The notes beneath the pieces are model-generated. The model ran no database searches. It was not told the origin of the DNA and saw nothing but the letters and a program-made list of their open reading frames with translations. DNA of 64,000 bases. It comes from Nitrospirota bacterium (GTDB lineage Bacteria; Nitrospirota; Nitrospiria; Nitrospirales; NS-4). Position 1 is the stretch's first letter; every line of letters starts with the position of its first letter. A program made the translations under genes and the position numbers. Positions 12,681 through 23,236 of the stretch are shown here, in pieces. The stretch spans positions 170,543 to 234,542 of the forward strand of contig CAWBGA010000002.1 in assembly GCA_963788195.1 (NCBI GenBank), in the 5' to 3' direction.

Positions 12681-12809
12681 TTGTTACCCTGACGGTAACC
12701 AAAATTTTGTTACCATCTGAACGGGGTAACAATTGTCATCCTGAAGATAACCAATTGTCATCCTGAACGAAGTGAAGGATCTAGATTCTTCGCTGCACTC
12801 AGAATGACA
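12681..12809. repeat. REP-like palindrome family A (TGTCAT(C/T)CTGA...TCAGAATGACA) preceded by 3 tandem degenerate left ends
   Basis: TGTCATCCTGAACGAAGTGAAGGATCT-AGATTCTTCGCTGCACTCAGAATGACA at 12756-12809; related copies at 10321, 41074-41122, 49164-49262, 49871-49904, 57951-57975. Confidence 0.85.
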
Positions 12810-12827
12810 TGACTAAGGAGTCTTGCA

Positions 12828-13073
12828 ATGAAAGCTGGTATTCATCCGGAGTATAGCGAGGCGACGATCAGTTGCGCCTGCGGCTACAAGATCAAGACAC
12901 GCTCGACCGTCGGTGACATCAAGCTCGAAATCTGCTCTCACTGCCACCCGTTCTTTACGGGGACGCAGAAGATTATTGATACGGAAGGCCGCGTGGAGCG
13001 GTTTAAGAAGAAGTATAGAGACCAGAAGGCTGCCCCCGCGAAACCGGCAAAGGCTGCGGCGAAGACCCGCTGA
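12828..13073 (+). CDS. rpmE: 50S ribosomal protein L31 (Zn-binding type)
   Basis: [23 protein letters not shown]. Confidence 0.97.
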   Translation: MKAGIHPEYSEATISCACGYKIKTRSTVGDIKLEICSHCHPFFTGTQKIIDTEGRVERFKKKYRDQKAAPAKPAKAAAKTR

Positions 13074-13081
13074 ACGCGACA

Positions 13082-14161
13082 ATGCCCGCTGTTAAGGATT
13101 CGCCTATTTTGAGCAAGCTCGAAACGGCCGCCGTTCGAGTGGAGGAAATCGACCGGCTGTTATCGCAGCCTATGAAAGCCGGGCAGCAGAGCGACATCCA
13201 ACGGCTGAATAAAGAGCGCTCGGAGCTGTCTGCGCAGGCGGAGCTGTACCAAGAATTCTTTGCCCTCTTGAAAGCCATGACCGAGGCCGAGGAGATGTTG
13301 GAAGATCCTCGGGCCGATATGAAAGAGCTTGCTCGTGAGGAGCTCAAAGAGCTTCAGAGCCGCAGATTGGATGTCGAAGGACGAGCCCGGGATCTGCTGA
13401 TCGTTAAGGATCCGCGCGATGATAAGAATACGTTCATCGAAGTCCGTGCCGGTACCGGGGGTGAAGAAGCGGCGCTGTTCGGCGCCGAGCTCGTGCGTAT
13501 GTACACGCGGTATGCGGAAGGCAGGCGTTGGCGCGTGGAAATCATCGACTCCAGCCTGACTGAGCTCGGCGGAGTAAAAGAGGCCGTTCTCCTCATCGAG
13601 GGGAAGTTAGTGTACAGCCGCTTAAAGCACGAGAGCGGCGTCCACCGGGTACAGCGGGTCCCTGCCACTGAAAGCTCCGGGCGCATTCACACCTCGACCG
13701 TGACGGTGGCGGTCATGGCGGAAGCCGAGGAGGTGGATGTCCAGATTGACCCCAAGGACCTGAAGATCGATACCTTCTGTTCCTCCGGGGCAGGGGGGCA
13801 GAGCGTCAATACGACGTACTCGGCGGTTCGGATCACGCATATCCCGACTGGAATTGTCGTCTCCTGCCAGGATGAACGCTCCCAATTGAAGAACCGCAAC
13901 AAGGCAATGCGAAACCTGCGCACCCGTATCATGGACGCGGAGCAAGCCAAGCAGGATAGCGAGATCGCGCAGCAGCGCAAGTCACAGGTCGGCACGGGTG
14001 ACCGAAGTGAGAAGATCAGAACCTACAACTATCCCCAGAATCGGGTGACTGACCATCGCATCGGGCTGACACTGCATCGTTTGGACCAGGTGCTTCAGGG
14101 CGATCTGGATGAGATCCTCGACGCGTTGATTGCGGCCGATCAGACCTTGGGCCCGGACTAA
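13082..14161 (+). CDS. prfA: Peptide chain release factor 1
   Basis: PAT motif (VPATE), [20 protein letters not shown]. Confidence 0.96.
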   Translation: MPAVKDSPILSKLETAAVRVEEIDRLLSQPMKAGQQSDIQRLNKERSELSAQAELYQEFFALLKAMTEAEEMLEDPRADMKELAREELKELQSRRLDVEGRARDLLIVKDPRDDKNTFIEVRAGTGGEEAALFGAELVRMYTRYAEGRRWRVEIIDSSLTELGGVKEAVLLIEGKLVYSRLKHESGVHRVQRVPATESSGRIHTSTVTVAVMAEAEEVDVQIDPKDLKIDTFCSSGAGGQSVNTTYSAVRITHIPTGIVVSCQDERSQLKNRNKAMRNLRTRIMDAEQAKQDSEIAQQRKSQVGTGDRSEKIRTYNYPQNRVTDHRIGLTLHRLDQVLQGDLDEILDALIAADQTLGPD

Positions 14162-14164
14162 GCA

Positions 14165-15050
14165 ATGATCGCGCTGCCCGCAGCGCCAGCGCTCATGCTT
14201 CGCCAACTGCGGTTGCTGCGCCTCGGATGCGATGACAGCGGCGGGCGTGGAGAACCCTCGGCGCGAAGCGGATTGGTTATTGGCACACGCGCTGCGTCTC
14301 ACCTCTGCACAACTGGTTACCGACACGGATCGCATGCTCGAGGCCGCGCAAGCCTGCAAGGCGTGGTCGTTCATTGAACGCCGCGTCGCCCGGGAACCCC
14401 TGCAGTATATTCTCGGCACTCAGGAGTTTCAGGGGCTTGAGATTGCCGTGACGTCGGATGTCCTCATACCCAGGCCCGAAACGGAGCTCCTTGTCGAAGA
14501 AGCGACCCACGCAATCGTGGCGCACCCAAGACCCGTGATCGCCGATGTCGGCACCGGTTCGGGGTGCATCGCGATCGCCCTGGCAAAAGCGTGCCCGACT
14601 GCCAGAATCTACGCGAGCGACATTTCATGGCCCGCATTGGCGGTTGCCCGTAGGAATGTTGCGGAACATGATGTCGCCCGCCAGGTGAAATTTGTTCACG
14701 CTGATCTATTGAATCCCTTTGCTGTTGCGCCTGAGGGCAGCTTCGACGCCGTTGTCTCGAACCCACCCTATGTCCCAGACGGCGCGATTGAGGCCCTGGA
14801 ACCCGAAGTGAGCCGCTATGAACCACGCCTTGCGTTGGCCGCAGGCATAGACGGCCTGACCTACTACCGACGCCTCTTGAGTGCAGCCCCCGTCCTGCTG
14901 AAGCCTGGCGGGCATCTGATCGTGGAGCTAGGCTACGGGCAGGCGACTGCCGTCCGAAAACTGGCTGAGACGACCGGGCTGTCGGTGTTGCGCTGTCGAA
15001 AAGATGATGCGGGAATCGAACGTGTTCTGATCCTTCGGAGACCCATCTAG
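14165..15050 (+). CDS. prmC: Release factor glutamine methyltransferase (N-terminal frameshift)
   Basis: [20 protein letters not shown]; follows prfA. Confidence 0.93.
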
Positions 15051-16312
15051 TGGAGAGCATGGTGATTCAAGGCGAGCACCGGCTTTCGGGCTCGGTCCGA
15101 ATCGGGGGCGCAAAGAATGCCGCGCTGCCGATCATGGCCGCAACCCTGTTGGGAGAGGGGCCTTGCACGCTGACCAATGTTCCGCGCGTCGCAGATGTTC
15201 TCACCATGTCCAAGCTCCTGAAGCATCTGGGGGCGACCGTCGAGACTACCGGTGACCGGTTTACTGTCTCCGTAGATGGCATCTCGTCCTGCCGAGCGCC
15301 CTATAAGCTGGTGAAGACCATGCGGGCCTCCGTCCTGGTCCTCGGCCCACTAATAGCTCGGTATGGCGAGGCGGTGGTGGCCTTACCCGGCGGATGTGCG
15401 ATTGGATCCCGGCCGATCAATTTGCATTTGAGTGCGCTTGAGCGGATGGGCGCAGAGATCAGGATCGAACATGGCAATGTGCACGCACGGGTCGGCGGAC
15501 GGTTGCGTGGAGCACGGATTTATTTCGACGTCAGCACCGTCACGGGCACAGAAAACATCATGATGGCTGCCTGCCTGGCGGAAGGCGTGACGGTTATTGA
15601 GAACGCCGCGCGCGAGCCCGAGATCGGGGACCTCGCGCAGTTTCTGATGAGACGCGGCGCGCGGATTGACGGCGCCGGTACGGACGTGATCACAATCGAA
15701 GGGGTGCCAAGTCTGCACGGCGCCGACCATGAGATCATTCCTGATCGCATCGAGACCGCGACATATCTTGTGGCCGGGGCAATTACGCGTGGCGATGTCA
15801 CGGTGGAAAGGTGCCGACCGGATCATTCCGAGGCATTTCTGGCCAAGTTGAGAGAGGCGGGCGCAGATCTGGTGATCGGGAAAGAGACGATCCGAGTCCG
15901 CGCGCCGCAACGGCTCCGCTCCGTGGACATTAAGACCTTGCCGTATCCGGGATTTCCCACGGATGGGCAGGCCCAACTAATGGCCCTGATGGCGGTTGCG
16001 CATGGTTCGAGTATGATAACTGAGACGGTGTTCGAAAGCCGCTTTATGCATGTGCTCGAACTGCAACGCATGGGGGCGGAGATCCGCATCGATGGCAAGC
16101 ACGCGGTGGTGGCGGGGGTAGAACGGCTAAGCGCGGCGCCGGTGATGGCCTCGGACCTGCGCGCCAGCGCCTGTTTGATTCTGGCCGGACTGGCGGCCGA
16201 GGGGGAAACGCGGGTCGGCCGCGTCTACCACCTGGACCGCGGTTACGAGCAACTGGATCAGAAACTGGCGGGCCTGGGCGCGCGGATCAGCAGGGCGCAG
16301 GAGTGGGAATGA
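15050..16312 (+). CDS. murA: UDP-N-acetylglucosamine 1-carboxyvinyltransferase
   Basis: [35 protein letters not shown]. Confidence 0.98.
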   Translation: MESMVIQGEHRLSGSVRIGGAKNAALPIMAATLLGEGPCTLTNVPRVADVLTMSKLLKHLGATVETTGDRFTVSVDGISSCRAPYKLVKTMRASVLVLGPLIARYGEAVVALPGGCAIGSRPINLHLSALERMGAEIRIEHGNVHARVGGRLRGARIYFDVSTVTGTENIMMAACLAEGVTVIENAAREPEIGDLAQFLMRRGARIDGAGTDVITIEGVPSLHGADHEIIPDRIETATYLVAGAITRGDVTVERCRPDHSEAFLAKLREAGADLVIGKETIRVRAPQRLRSVDIKTLPYPGFPTDGQAQLMALMAVAHGSSMITETVFESRFMHVLELQRMGAEIRIDGKHAVVAGVERLSAAPVMASDLRASACLILAGLAAEGETRVGRVYHLDRGYEQLDQKLAGLGARISRAQEWE

Positions 16313-16962
16313 AGGGCGGTACCAGTAATCTGACAATCGCCCTCTGCAAGGGAAAGCTCCTCGAACCCGCGATGGAGTTGCTCTCGCGCATTGGCCTGCT
16401 CTCCAATAGAATCGGGAAGGACAGCAGACGGCTGGTGTTTGAGAATCCAGCCAGCGGCACGACGATCATGATCATCCGCGCCAGCGATGTTCCCACCTAT
16501 GTGGAATATGGCGCGGTGGATGCGGGTATCGTCGGAGCGGATGTGTTGATGGAGCAAGCGACGGATGTGTATGAGCCTCTGGACCTTGGGTTTGGAGCCT
16601 GCCGCCTGGCGGTCGCCGGTCCGCCCCAAGTCAAATCAAACGGCAGGGTGACGAAGTTGCGTGTCGCAACGAAATACCCGAATGTAACAGAGAGGCATTT
16701 CACTCACAAAGGCATCCCCATCGAGATCATCAAGTTGTACGGGTCGATAGAATTAGCGCCGATGGTCGGCCTGGCGGACTGCATCGTGGACCTCGTCTCA
16801 ACGGGGAAGACCTTAAAAGCGCACCATCTCGTCGTGAAGGAGGTGATTGCGACATCTACGGCGCGCTTGATCGTGAATCGCGCGAGCTTGAAGCTGAAGT
16901 ACCAACGTGTGAACGACCTGATCGAGGCCCTACGCAAGGGTCTACAGGCAGGGCGCGCATGA
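16309..16962 (+). CDS. hisG: ATP phosphoribosyltransferase (short form)
   Basis: [37 protein letters not shown]. Confidence 0.96.
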   Translation: MKGGTSNLTIALCKGKLLEPAMELLSRIGLLSNRIGKDSRRLVFENPASGTTIMIIRASDVPTYVEYGAVDAGIVGADVLMEQATDVYEPLDLGFGACRLAVAGPPQVKSNGRVTKLRVATKYPNVTERHFTHKGIPIEIIKLYGSIELAPMVGLADCIVDLVSTGKTLKAHHLVVKEVIATSTARLIVNRASLKLKYQRVNDLIEALRKGLQAGRA

Positions 16963-18248
16963 AAATCGTCGCAGCAGGCGATCGGGGCTTCAAGCTGGCG
17001 GTCAAAAAGGTGGTATCGCGATCGTCGTTGCAAGGCGACAAGGTTGAAGCCAGCGTTCGCTCTATCCTCAAAGCGGTTGAGCGAGGCGGAGACACCGCCG
17101 TAAGCCGGTACACACAGAAGTTCGACAAGGTATCAATCAAGCCGGAAGCCTTTCGTGTAACGCCGGACCAGATGCGGGAGGCCTACTATAAGATTCGAAA
17201 GGAGCACGGTGACGCCTTACGCTATGCGGCGCACCGCATCACCGCCTTTCATGAACGCCAGAAGGCCGCCCTGCGTACCTGGATGTACCAGGATGGGAGC
17301 ATCACGCTCGGACAGACAGTCCTTCCGTTGGACGCCGTTGGACTCTACGTGCCTGGCGGGAAGGCGGTCTACCCGTCCTCCGTGCTCATGAGCGCCATTC
17401 CGGCCAAGGTCGCCGGTGTCAGGCGTATTGTCATGTGCTCGCCCACTCCGCGGGGAGAGGTGAGCCCCTATCTGCTGGTGGCGGCCGATATCGCCGGCGT
17501 AGATGAGGTATATCGCATTGGCGGCGTACAGGCCATTGGAGCGTTGACGTACGGCACAAAGACCATTGCCCGGGTCGACAAGATCATAGGTCCGGGGAAC
17601 ATCTTTGTGGCTACCGCAAAACGACTGGTCTACGGCCGCGTCGATATCGATATGATCGCCGGTCCGAGCGAATTGCTGGTGCTCGCCGATGGAGCAGCAA
17701 ACCCGGTTCACATTGCCGCGGACCTGTTATGCGAGGCGGAGCACGATGAAAATGCATCGGTCTGGTTGGTGACGACTTCGGCCAAGCTGGCGCAGGCAGT
17801 GGTGCGGCGGGTTGAGGAGCAGGTGAAATCGCTCACGCGCCAGAAGATCGCCGGACGTGCGATTCACCATAATGCCGTCGCATTCGTCGTACCCGACTTG
17901 GATGAAGGGGTCGACCTGGCGAACGAAATTGCTCCCGAGCATCTAACCTTGTCGGTGGAAAACCCTTTTAAATACATCGAAAAAGTCCGCCACGCCGGCG
18001 CGCTGTTTATCGGCCGCTACACCGCTCCGGCTCTTGCTGATTACGTGGCCGGCCCCAATCACATTCTGCCCACCGGTGGCGCCGCCCGATTCCATTCGGC
18101 GCTCTCCCTGGACGCCTACGTGAAAAAGTCGAATATCATTTCGTATACCAAAGAGGATCTGTTTAAGGCTAAGGATCACGTCATTCGATTGGCCCATATG
18201 GAAGGGCTGGAAGCGCACGCCCAATCCCTGGAAGTCCGTCTGAAATGA
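16959..18248 (+). CDS. hisD: Histidinol dehydrogenase
   Basis: GLYVPGG, GPGNIFV, AGPSE, APEHL, GPNHILPT. Confidence 0.97.
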   Translation: MKIVAAGDRGFKLAVKKVVSRSSLQGDKVEASVRSILKAVERGGDTAVSRYTQKFDKVSIKPEAFRVTPDQMREAYYKIRKEHGDALRYAAHRITAFHERQKAALRTWMYQDGSITLGQTVLPLDAVGLYVPGGKAVYPSSVLMSAIPAKVAGVRRIVMCSPTPRGEVSPYLLVAADIAGVDEVYRIGGVQAIGALTYGTKTIARVDKIIGPGNIFVATAKRLVYGRVDIDMIAGPSELLVLADGAANPVHIAADLLCEAEHDENASVWLVTTSAKLAQAVVRRVEEQVKSLTRQKIAGRAIHHNAVAFVVPDLDEGVDLANEIAPEHLTLSVENPFKYIEKVRHAGALFIGRYTAPALADYVAGPNHILPTGGAARFHSALSLDAYVKKSNIISYTKEDLFKAKDHVIRLAHMEGLEAHAQSLEVRLK

Positions 18249-18278
18249 AAACAGCAAAAAAGACGGGACGGCCGGTCC

Positions 18279-18920
18279 TTGTCCGCGTGGCCCCGAGCGA
18301 TCAGCCCCGCGCGCCGAAGTCCGCGCAGATCTGGCCCCTCGGCGGCGTTCGTCGAGCGGAATACGACGGAAAGTCAGATCAGCGTTAAGTTGGGTCTCCA
18401 GGGAAACGGCAACCGGAGGATCACCACGACAATTCCGTTTCTTGACCACATGCTGGACCTGCTCGCGAAGCATGGGTTCTTTGATCTCACGATCAAGGCC
18501 AAGGGCGACACCCATATTGACGACCATCACACCGTCGAAGACATCGGGATCGTTCTCGGTGAAGCGCTCAAGCAAGCGTTGGGGAAAAAAGAAGGCGTTA
18601 GGAGATTCGGAACAGCCTGGGCGCCTCTCGATGAGACCCTGGCGCAGGTGACTGTCGATCTTAGCGGCCGCCCGTATCTGGTGTATAACGTGAAGCTTCC
18701 GCATCGGCGGATCAAGGGCTTGGATCTCTACCTGTTCGAGGATTTCTTCCAAGCGTTTTCAACCCACGCGGCAATGAATCTTCACATTAATGTGCCCTAT
18801 GGCCGCAACCCGCATCACATTATGGAGGCGATCTTCAAGGCGTTGGCCAAGGCCTTGGATCAGGCTGTCTCGATCGATCCTCGGGTCTCTGGGGTGCTGT
18901 CAACAAAAGGAAGTTTGTAG
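18279..18920 (+). CDS. hisB: Imidazoleglycerol-phosphate dehydratase (start uncertain)
   Basis: [28 protein letters not shown]. Confidence 0.95.
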   Translation: MSAWPRAISPARRSPRRSGPSAAFVERNTTESQISVKLGLQGNGNRRITTTIPFLDHMLDLLAKHGFFDLTIKAKGDTHIDDHHTVEDIGIVLGEALKQALGKKEGVRRFGTAWAPLDETLAQVTVDLSGRPYLVYNVKLPHRRIKGLDLYLFEDFFQAFSTHAAMNLHINVPYGRNPHHIMEAIFKALAKALDQAVSIDPRVSGVLSTKGSL

Positions 18921-18955
18921 CGTCACCCCCCGAGTTCTTCAGGTAGAATAGTGAG

Positions 18956-19582
18956 ATGATTGCGATTATTGATTATGACATGGGAAATCTGCGCTCGGTC
19001 GAAAAGGCATTCGAAGCCGTGGGTCATCGCGCGGTCATCACGCGTCAGCGTCAAGTCATTGCGGACGCGAGTCATGTGGTATTGCCGGGCGTGGGGGCCT
19101 TTGGCGATTGCATGCGCAATCTTGAGTCCTACGATCTGATCGATCCGATCCGGCAAAGCATTGCGTCCGGAAAACCATTTCTGGGAATCTGCCTGGGCTT
19201 GCAGCTCCTGTTTACCGAGAGCGAAGAGTTCGGCTCACACAAAGGTCTCAACGTGCTTCCGGGCAAGGTCGTCCGCTTTCGATCCCAGCAGACCGAAGGG
19301 GACCTGGAGCCGTTAAAGATCCCGCACATGGGGTGGAATGCAATACGCATGAAGAAGCCCTCGAGGCTCCTTGAGGGTCTTGGCGAGGGCTCCTACATGT
19401 ATTTTGTCCATTCATATCATGTGGCGCCGGAGCAGACAGACGTTGTCTGCACTGCGACCGAGTACGGCGGGTCCTTTGTATCCAGCATTGCGCGAGACAA
19501 CATCTTTGGATGCCAGTTTCATCCCGAAAAAAGCCAGGCAGGTGGACTTAAAATGCTGAAGAACTTCGGCGATCTGTCATGA
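18956..19582 (+). CDS. hisH: Imidazole glycerol phosphate synthase glutaminase subunit
   Basis: LPGVGAF, GICLG, PHMGWN, QFHPEKS. Confidence 0.97.
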   Translation: MIAIIDYDMGNLRSVEKAFEAVGHRAVITRQRQVIADASHVVLPGVGAFGDCMRNLESYDLIDPIRQSIASGKPFLGICLGLQLLFTESEEFGSHKGLNVLPGKVVRFRSQQTEGDLEPLKIPHMGWNAIRMKKPSRLLEGLGEGSYMYFVHSYHVAPEQTDVVCTATEYGGSFVSSIARDNIFGCQFHPEKSQAGGLKMLKNFGDLS

Positions 19583-20266
19583 TGCGTCGCTCGCTTACAT
19601 ATTGTGCGATGCCGATCTTCATGCTCACAATAGTTGCGTGTGGGGGGAAGACTAACGAGGCCCTCACCGTTCCAGAGATCGAGCAATATAGAATCGTGCG
19701 GATTGCCGTGCTTCCCTTTAGCGTGGAACGCCGCCCCACGCTCGGTCAAGAGCGAGGGTATGCGGCACCGGCGCCGCCGTTGGAGGCGGGCGAACAGCTC
19801 AGTGACATTTTCTATCGAAAGTTGAAAAACTGGGAAGGGATCGATGTCATTCCCTCGTATGAGGTCCAAAGCGCGATGTCCATGGTTGCTGGCAGACCGC
19901 TGACCAAGGCAGCCATTACATTGATCGGACAAAAGCTTGGCGCGGATGCCGTTCTCGTGGGGACTGTTGAAGTCTACAAAGAGCGCACGGGAAGCGCGAT
20001 GGGGTTGGATCGGCCGCAGGATGCCGCCGAGGTGGGTTTTGCAGCTCAATTGATCAGCGTCAAAGACGGCGTGCCATTGTGGACCGGTCAGTATTATGAG
20101 CGCCAACGGCCGGCCACCGAAGACCTCTCAGGGCTATTGGAACGAGGACCACGCTACCTTACGGTCGAGCAGCTCGCAAATTCCGCCGTGGACCACGTCC
20201 TGCGCAAGTTTCCCCTCGGCCGGCCTCCTCGAAAGTCGACCGGGGTCTACCCAGGCCGTGCAGTGA
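19579..20266 (+). CDS. Lipoprotein (CsgG/LpoB/GNA1162-like alpha/beta fold) inside the his operon
   Basis: TIVAC lipobox, RIAVLPF, IGQKLGADAVLVGTV; appears fused in frame to hisA. Confidence 0.65.
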
Positions 20267-20983
20267 TTGTTATCCCTGCCATCGATCTCAAAGACGGCCG
20301 GTGCGTACGATTACGGCAGGGTCAGATGCACGATGAGACCGTATATTCCAAGGACCCTGCGGAACTCGCCCGGCATTGGGAGTCCGAGGGAGCGCAACTT
20401 CTTCATGTCGTAGATCTAAACGGGGCGGTACAGGGATCGCCGCGCAACCGAAGCGCCATCGAAGCGATCCTCAAAGCTGTACGAATTCCCGTGCAGGTGG
20501 GAGGCGGCATCCGCGATCTGCGTACGATTGAAGACTACTTTACAGCCGGTGCGACGCGGGTCGTCCTCGGGACCGCCGTGAGCGAAAATCTGAAAATGCT
20601 CGAGGAGGCTTCCGCGCTTTTTCCCGGGCGCCTGATTGCCGGAGTGGATGCCAAAGACGGCAAGCTCGCGATCCGTGGATGGACGGAGATTCTTGAGCAA
20701 GAGGCAACGGAGTTTGTCGGGCGCTTCAAGAACTTTCCCCTGTATGCGGTCATTTATACCGATATCGGCCAGGATGGCATGCTGGCAGGGACCAAATGTT
20801 GAAGCGTTGAGACGCATGGCGTCGGCTTGTCCCGTGCCCTTGATTGCTTCGGGGGGTATCACGAGAGTTGAGGATCTTCGCGAGGTGCAGAGCATTGGGG
20901 CAACCGTGATCGGAGCCATTGTCGGAAAGGCGCTATACGAAGGGATGATCAAACTGCGGGTCGCGATGGCCGCTGTCGCATAA
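20263..20983 (+). CDS. hisA: ProFAR isomerase HisA (frameshift ~20792)
   Basis: IPAIDLKDGRCVRLRQG, VGGGIR, TDIGQDGML, IASGG. Confidence 0.94.
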
Positions 20984-20989
20984 CATAAG

Positions 20990-21112
20990 ATGCTCGCGAA
21001 GCGGATCATTCCATGCCTGGACGTGAAAGCCGGCCGGCCACGGGACAAGCGCCTGTCTTGGCGGGCGCAGGGTTGGGCGGGTGAAATGGTCGACCCGGCC
21101 GAGTGTAATTAG
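20990..21112 (+). other. 40-codon mini-ORF: duplicate of the first 16 hisF codons fused to a family-B repeat
   Basis: 20990-21037 versus 21116-21163 both encode [16 protein letters not shown]; TAG at 21110. Confidence 0.8.
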
Positions 21113-21115
21113 CCA

Positions 21116-21875
21116 ATGCTAGCAAAGCGCATCATTCCATGCCTCGACGTGAAAGCCGGCCGGGTCGTCAAAGGGGTTCAATTCGTCGAACTCAAAGACG
21201 CCGGTGATCCCGTTGAAGCAGCCAGGGCGTACGATGCGGACGGAGCTGATGAGCTGTGTTTTCTGGACATCACGGCCTCGCATGAAGAGCGCAAGATTCT
21301 TCTGGATGTCGTCAGCCGCACGGCGGAGCAGGTTTTCATGCCTCTCACCGTCGGCGGCGGGGTCCGAACGCTCGACGATATCCGCATTCTTCTCAAAGCA
21401 GGCGCCGACAAGGTCAGCATTAACACTGCGGCGGTACAGCGTCCGGAATTCGTGAAGGAGGCCGCCCAGCGGTTCGGCACTCAGTGTATCGTCGTCGCGA
21501 TCGACGCGAAACGTGTCGGGGATGGTTGGCGGGTCTTCACGCACGGGGGACGCAACGCAACCGGCATTGATGCCGTCGACTGGGCACGAACCATGGAATC
21601 CTACGGAGCCGGCGAGATCCTGCTGACCAGTATGGATTGCGATGGGTCGAAGGCTGGCTATGATCTCGCACTCACGCGGGCCGTGTCTGAGGCGGTCAGC
21701 GCTGCCTGTCATCGCGTCAGGCGGAGCAGGCAATCTGCAACATCTGTACGAAGGGTTCACTGAGGGAAAGGCCGATGCGGTTCTCGCGGCCTCCATTTTC
21801 CATTATCGAGAATATACTATCACCCAGGCCAAGGAATACCTACGGGCGCGCGGCGTTGCGATGAGGATGTGCTGA
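21116..21875 (+). CDS. hisF: Imidazole glycerol phosphate synthase cyclase subunit (frameshift ~21700)
   Basis: [36 protein letters not shown]. Confidence 0.96.
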
Positions 21876-22274
21876 TGGAAAAGGCGGCGATCAGCGCATT
21901 GAAGTTTGATGATCAGGGATTGATTCCGGCGGTTCTTCAAGACTGGCGCGACGGCACCGTGCTGATGGTCGCCTATATGAACCGCGAGGCCGTGGAAAAG
22001 ACAATTGAGACCAGAATCGCGCATTTTTGGAGCCGATCGCGACAATCCCTGTGGGAGAAAGGGTGCAGTGTCGGGAAATCGGCAGCGCGTCCGGGAGATC
22101 TTCGTTGACTGCGATCAGGATACCTTACTCCTCACTGTCACGCCCGACGGGCCCGCTTGTCACACCGGTGAAGCGAGCTGTTTCTTTCACCGCCTATCTG
22201 ATCTGATGGAAGGTTGTGACGGAGCAGAAAACACACCCGAGGCGCGAGGCGGCAGTGATGCAGCGGGTCTATGA
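21875..22274 (+). CDS. hisI: Phosphoribosyl-AMP cyclohydrolase (frameshifted, end approximate)
   Basis: [35 protein letters not shown]. Confidence 0.9.
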
Positions 22275-22563
22275 GACGATACTGGAGCGCAAGCGACAGG
22301 TCACTTCGGATTCATACGTAGCCTCGCTCTTCGCAGGGGGTCAGGACAGGATTCTCAAGAAGGTCACTGAGGAGGCAGGGGAGATGCTTCTGGCCTCCAA
22401 AGGAGGGAAGCGGGAAGAAGTCGTTCACGAGGCGGCCGATCTTCTGTTTCATATGCTGGTGACCCTGGGTTTCCACGACATTTCGCCTCGTGAGGTGCAT
22501 CATGAACTGGCGCGTAGGTTCGGACAAAGCGGCCTCAATGAGAAGGCATCCCGCCAGGGGTAA
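22216..22563 (+). CDS. hisE: Phosphoribosyl-ATP pyrophosphatase
   Basis: [23 protein letters not shown]. Confidence 0.92.
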   Translation: MTEQKTHPRREAAVMQRVYETILERKRQVTSDSYVASLFAGGQDRILKKVTEEAGEMLLASKGGKREEVVHEAADLLFHMLVTLGFHDISPREVHHELARRFGQSGLNEKASRQG

Positions 22564-22730
22564 AGGAATCTGTCTTGGCAGATTCCAGGGTGGGCGGGTG
22601 CAATGGGGGTAAAGGAGTCTGTCTCGGCAGACTCCAGGGTGGGCGGGTGCAATGGGGGTAAAGGAATCTGTCCCCACGGGACAAAAGCCTGTCTTGGCAG
22701 GCTTGGGGTGGGTGGGTGAAATGAGATTCC
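22557..22730 (+). repeat. Three tandem copies of repeat family B (hairpin with TCTTGG loop plus GGGTGGGCGGGTG tract)
   Basis: ~48-bp unit GGGGTAAAGGAATCTGTCTTGGCAGATTCCAGGGTGGGCGGGTGCAATG; related copies at 21038, 28670, 34167, 36087, 37262, 37437, 43794. Confidence 0.88.
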
Positions 22731-22781
22731 AGGGCTGAGCGTGGGTCATGAGGGCACGAAGGGACATATAGGAGTTTCCGT

Positions 22782-23129
22782 ATGGCTGCAACCAGTGATT
22801 GTTTATTTTGCCGAATTGCATCCGGCGAGATTCCGTCGAAATTCGTGTGGCAGGACGAGGAGATCTTCGCTTTTGAAGACGTAAGGCCGCAAGCCCCTGT
22901 TCATGTGCTCGTAGTTCCCAAGCGGCATATAGCGGCGGTGAAGGACGTGAAGGATCAGGCTTTGCTGGGACGACTCCTCAATGCCTCCACGCTCGTGGCG
23001 CAAAACAAAGGCATCGCGGAATCCGGTTACCGCCTTGTTGCAAATACGGGGAGGGACGGCGGGCAGACGGTCTTTCATTTGCATTTTCATGTCCTTGGCG
23101 GCCGCCAGATGATGTGGCCTCCTGGATAA
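22782..23129 (+). CDS. Histidine triad nucleotide-binding protein (HinT-like)
   Basis: CLFCRI, PQAPVHVLVVP, GQTVFHLHFHVLGG. Confidence 0.95.
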   Translation: MAATSDCLFCRIASGEIPSKFVWQDEEIFAFEDVRPQAPVHVLVVPKRHIAAVKDVKDQALLGRLLNASTLVAQNKGIAESGYRLVANTGRDGGQTVFHLHFHVLGGRQMMWPPG

Positions 23130-23154
23130 TAAGACGGGGTACCTAGGACATCGG

Positions 23155-23183
23155 TTGACACTTGATCTACGGATTGTTACCAT
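23155..23183 (+). promoter_or_regulatory. Sigma70-type promoter for dnaG-rpoD
   Basis: TTGACA-17 bp-TACCAT. Confidence 0.5.
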
Positions 23184-23236
23184 AATGGGTTATCTCGCTG
23201 GGAAACAAGAAATTTTCTGGCGCCTGCGGGGCACTC

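Noticed and set aside
19579-20802. Apparent lipoprotein-HisA fusion (407 aa ORF)
   Set aside because: A GTGA start/stop overlap at 20263-20266 sits exactly at the HisA start. One upstream indel, common in this assembly, would give two coupled genes.
22557-22730. Possible CRISPR array
   Set aside because: Units are contiguous with no unique spacers, there are no cas genes, and the same motif is dispersed singly elsewhere.
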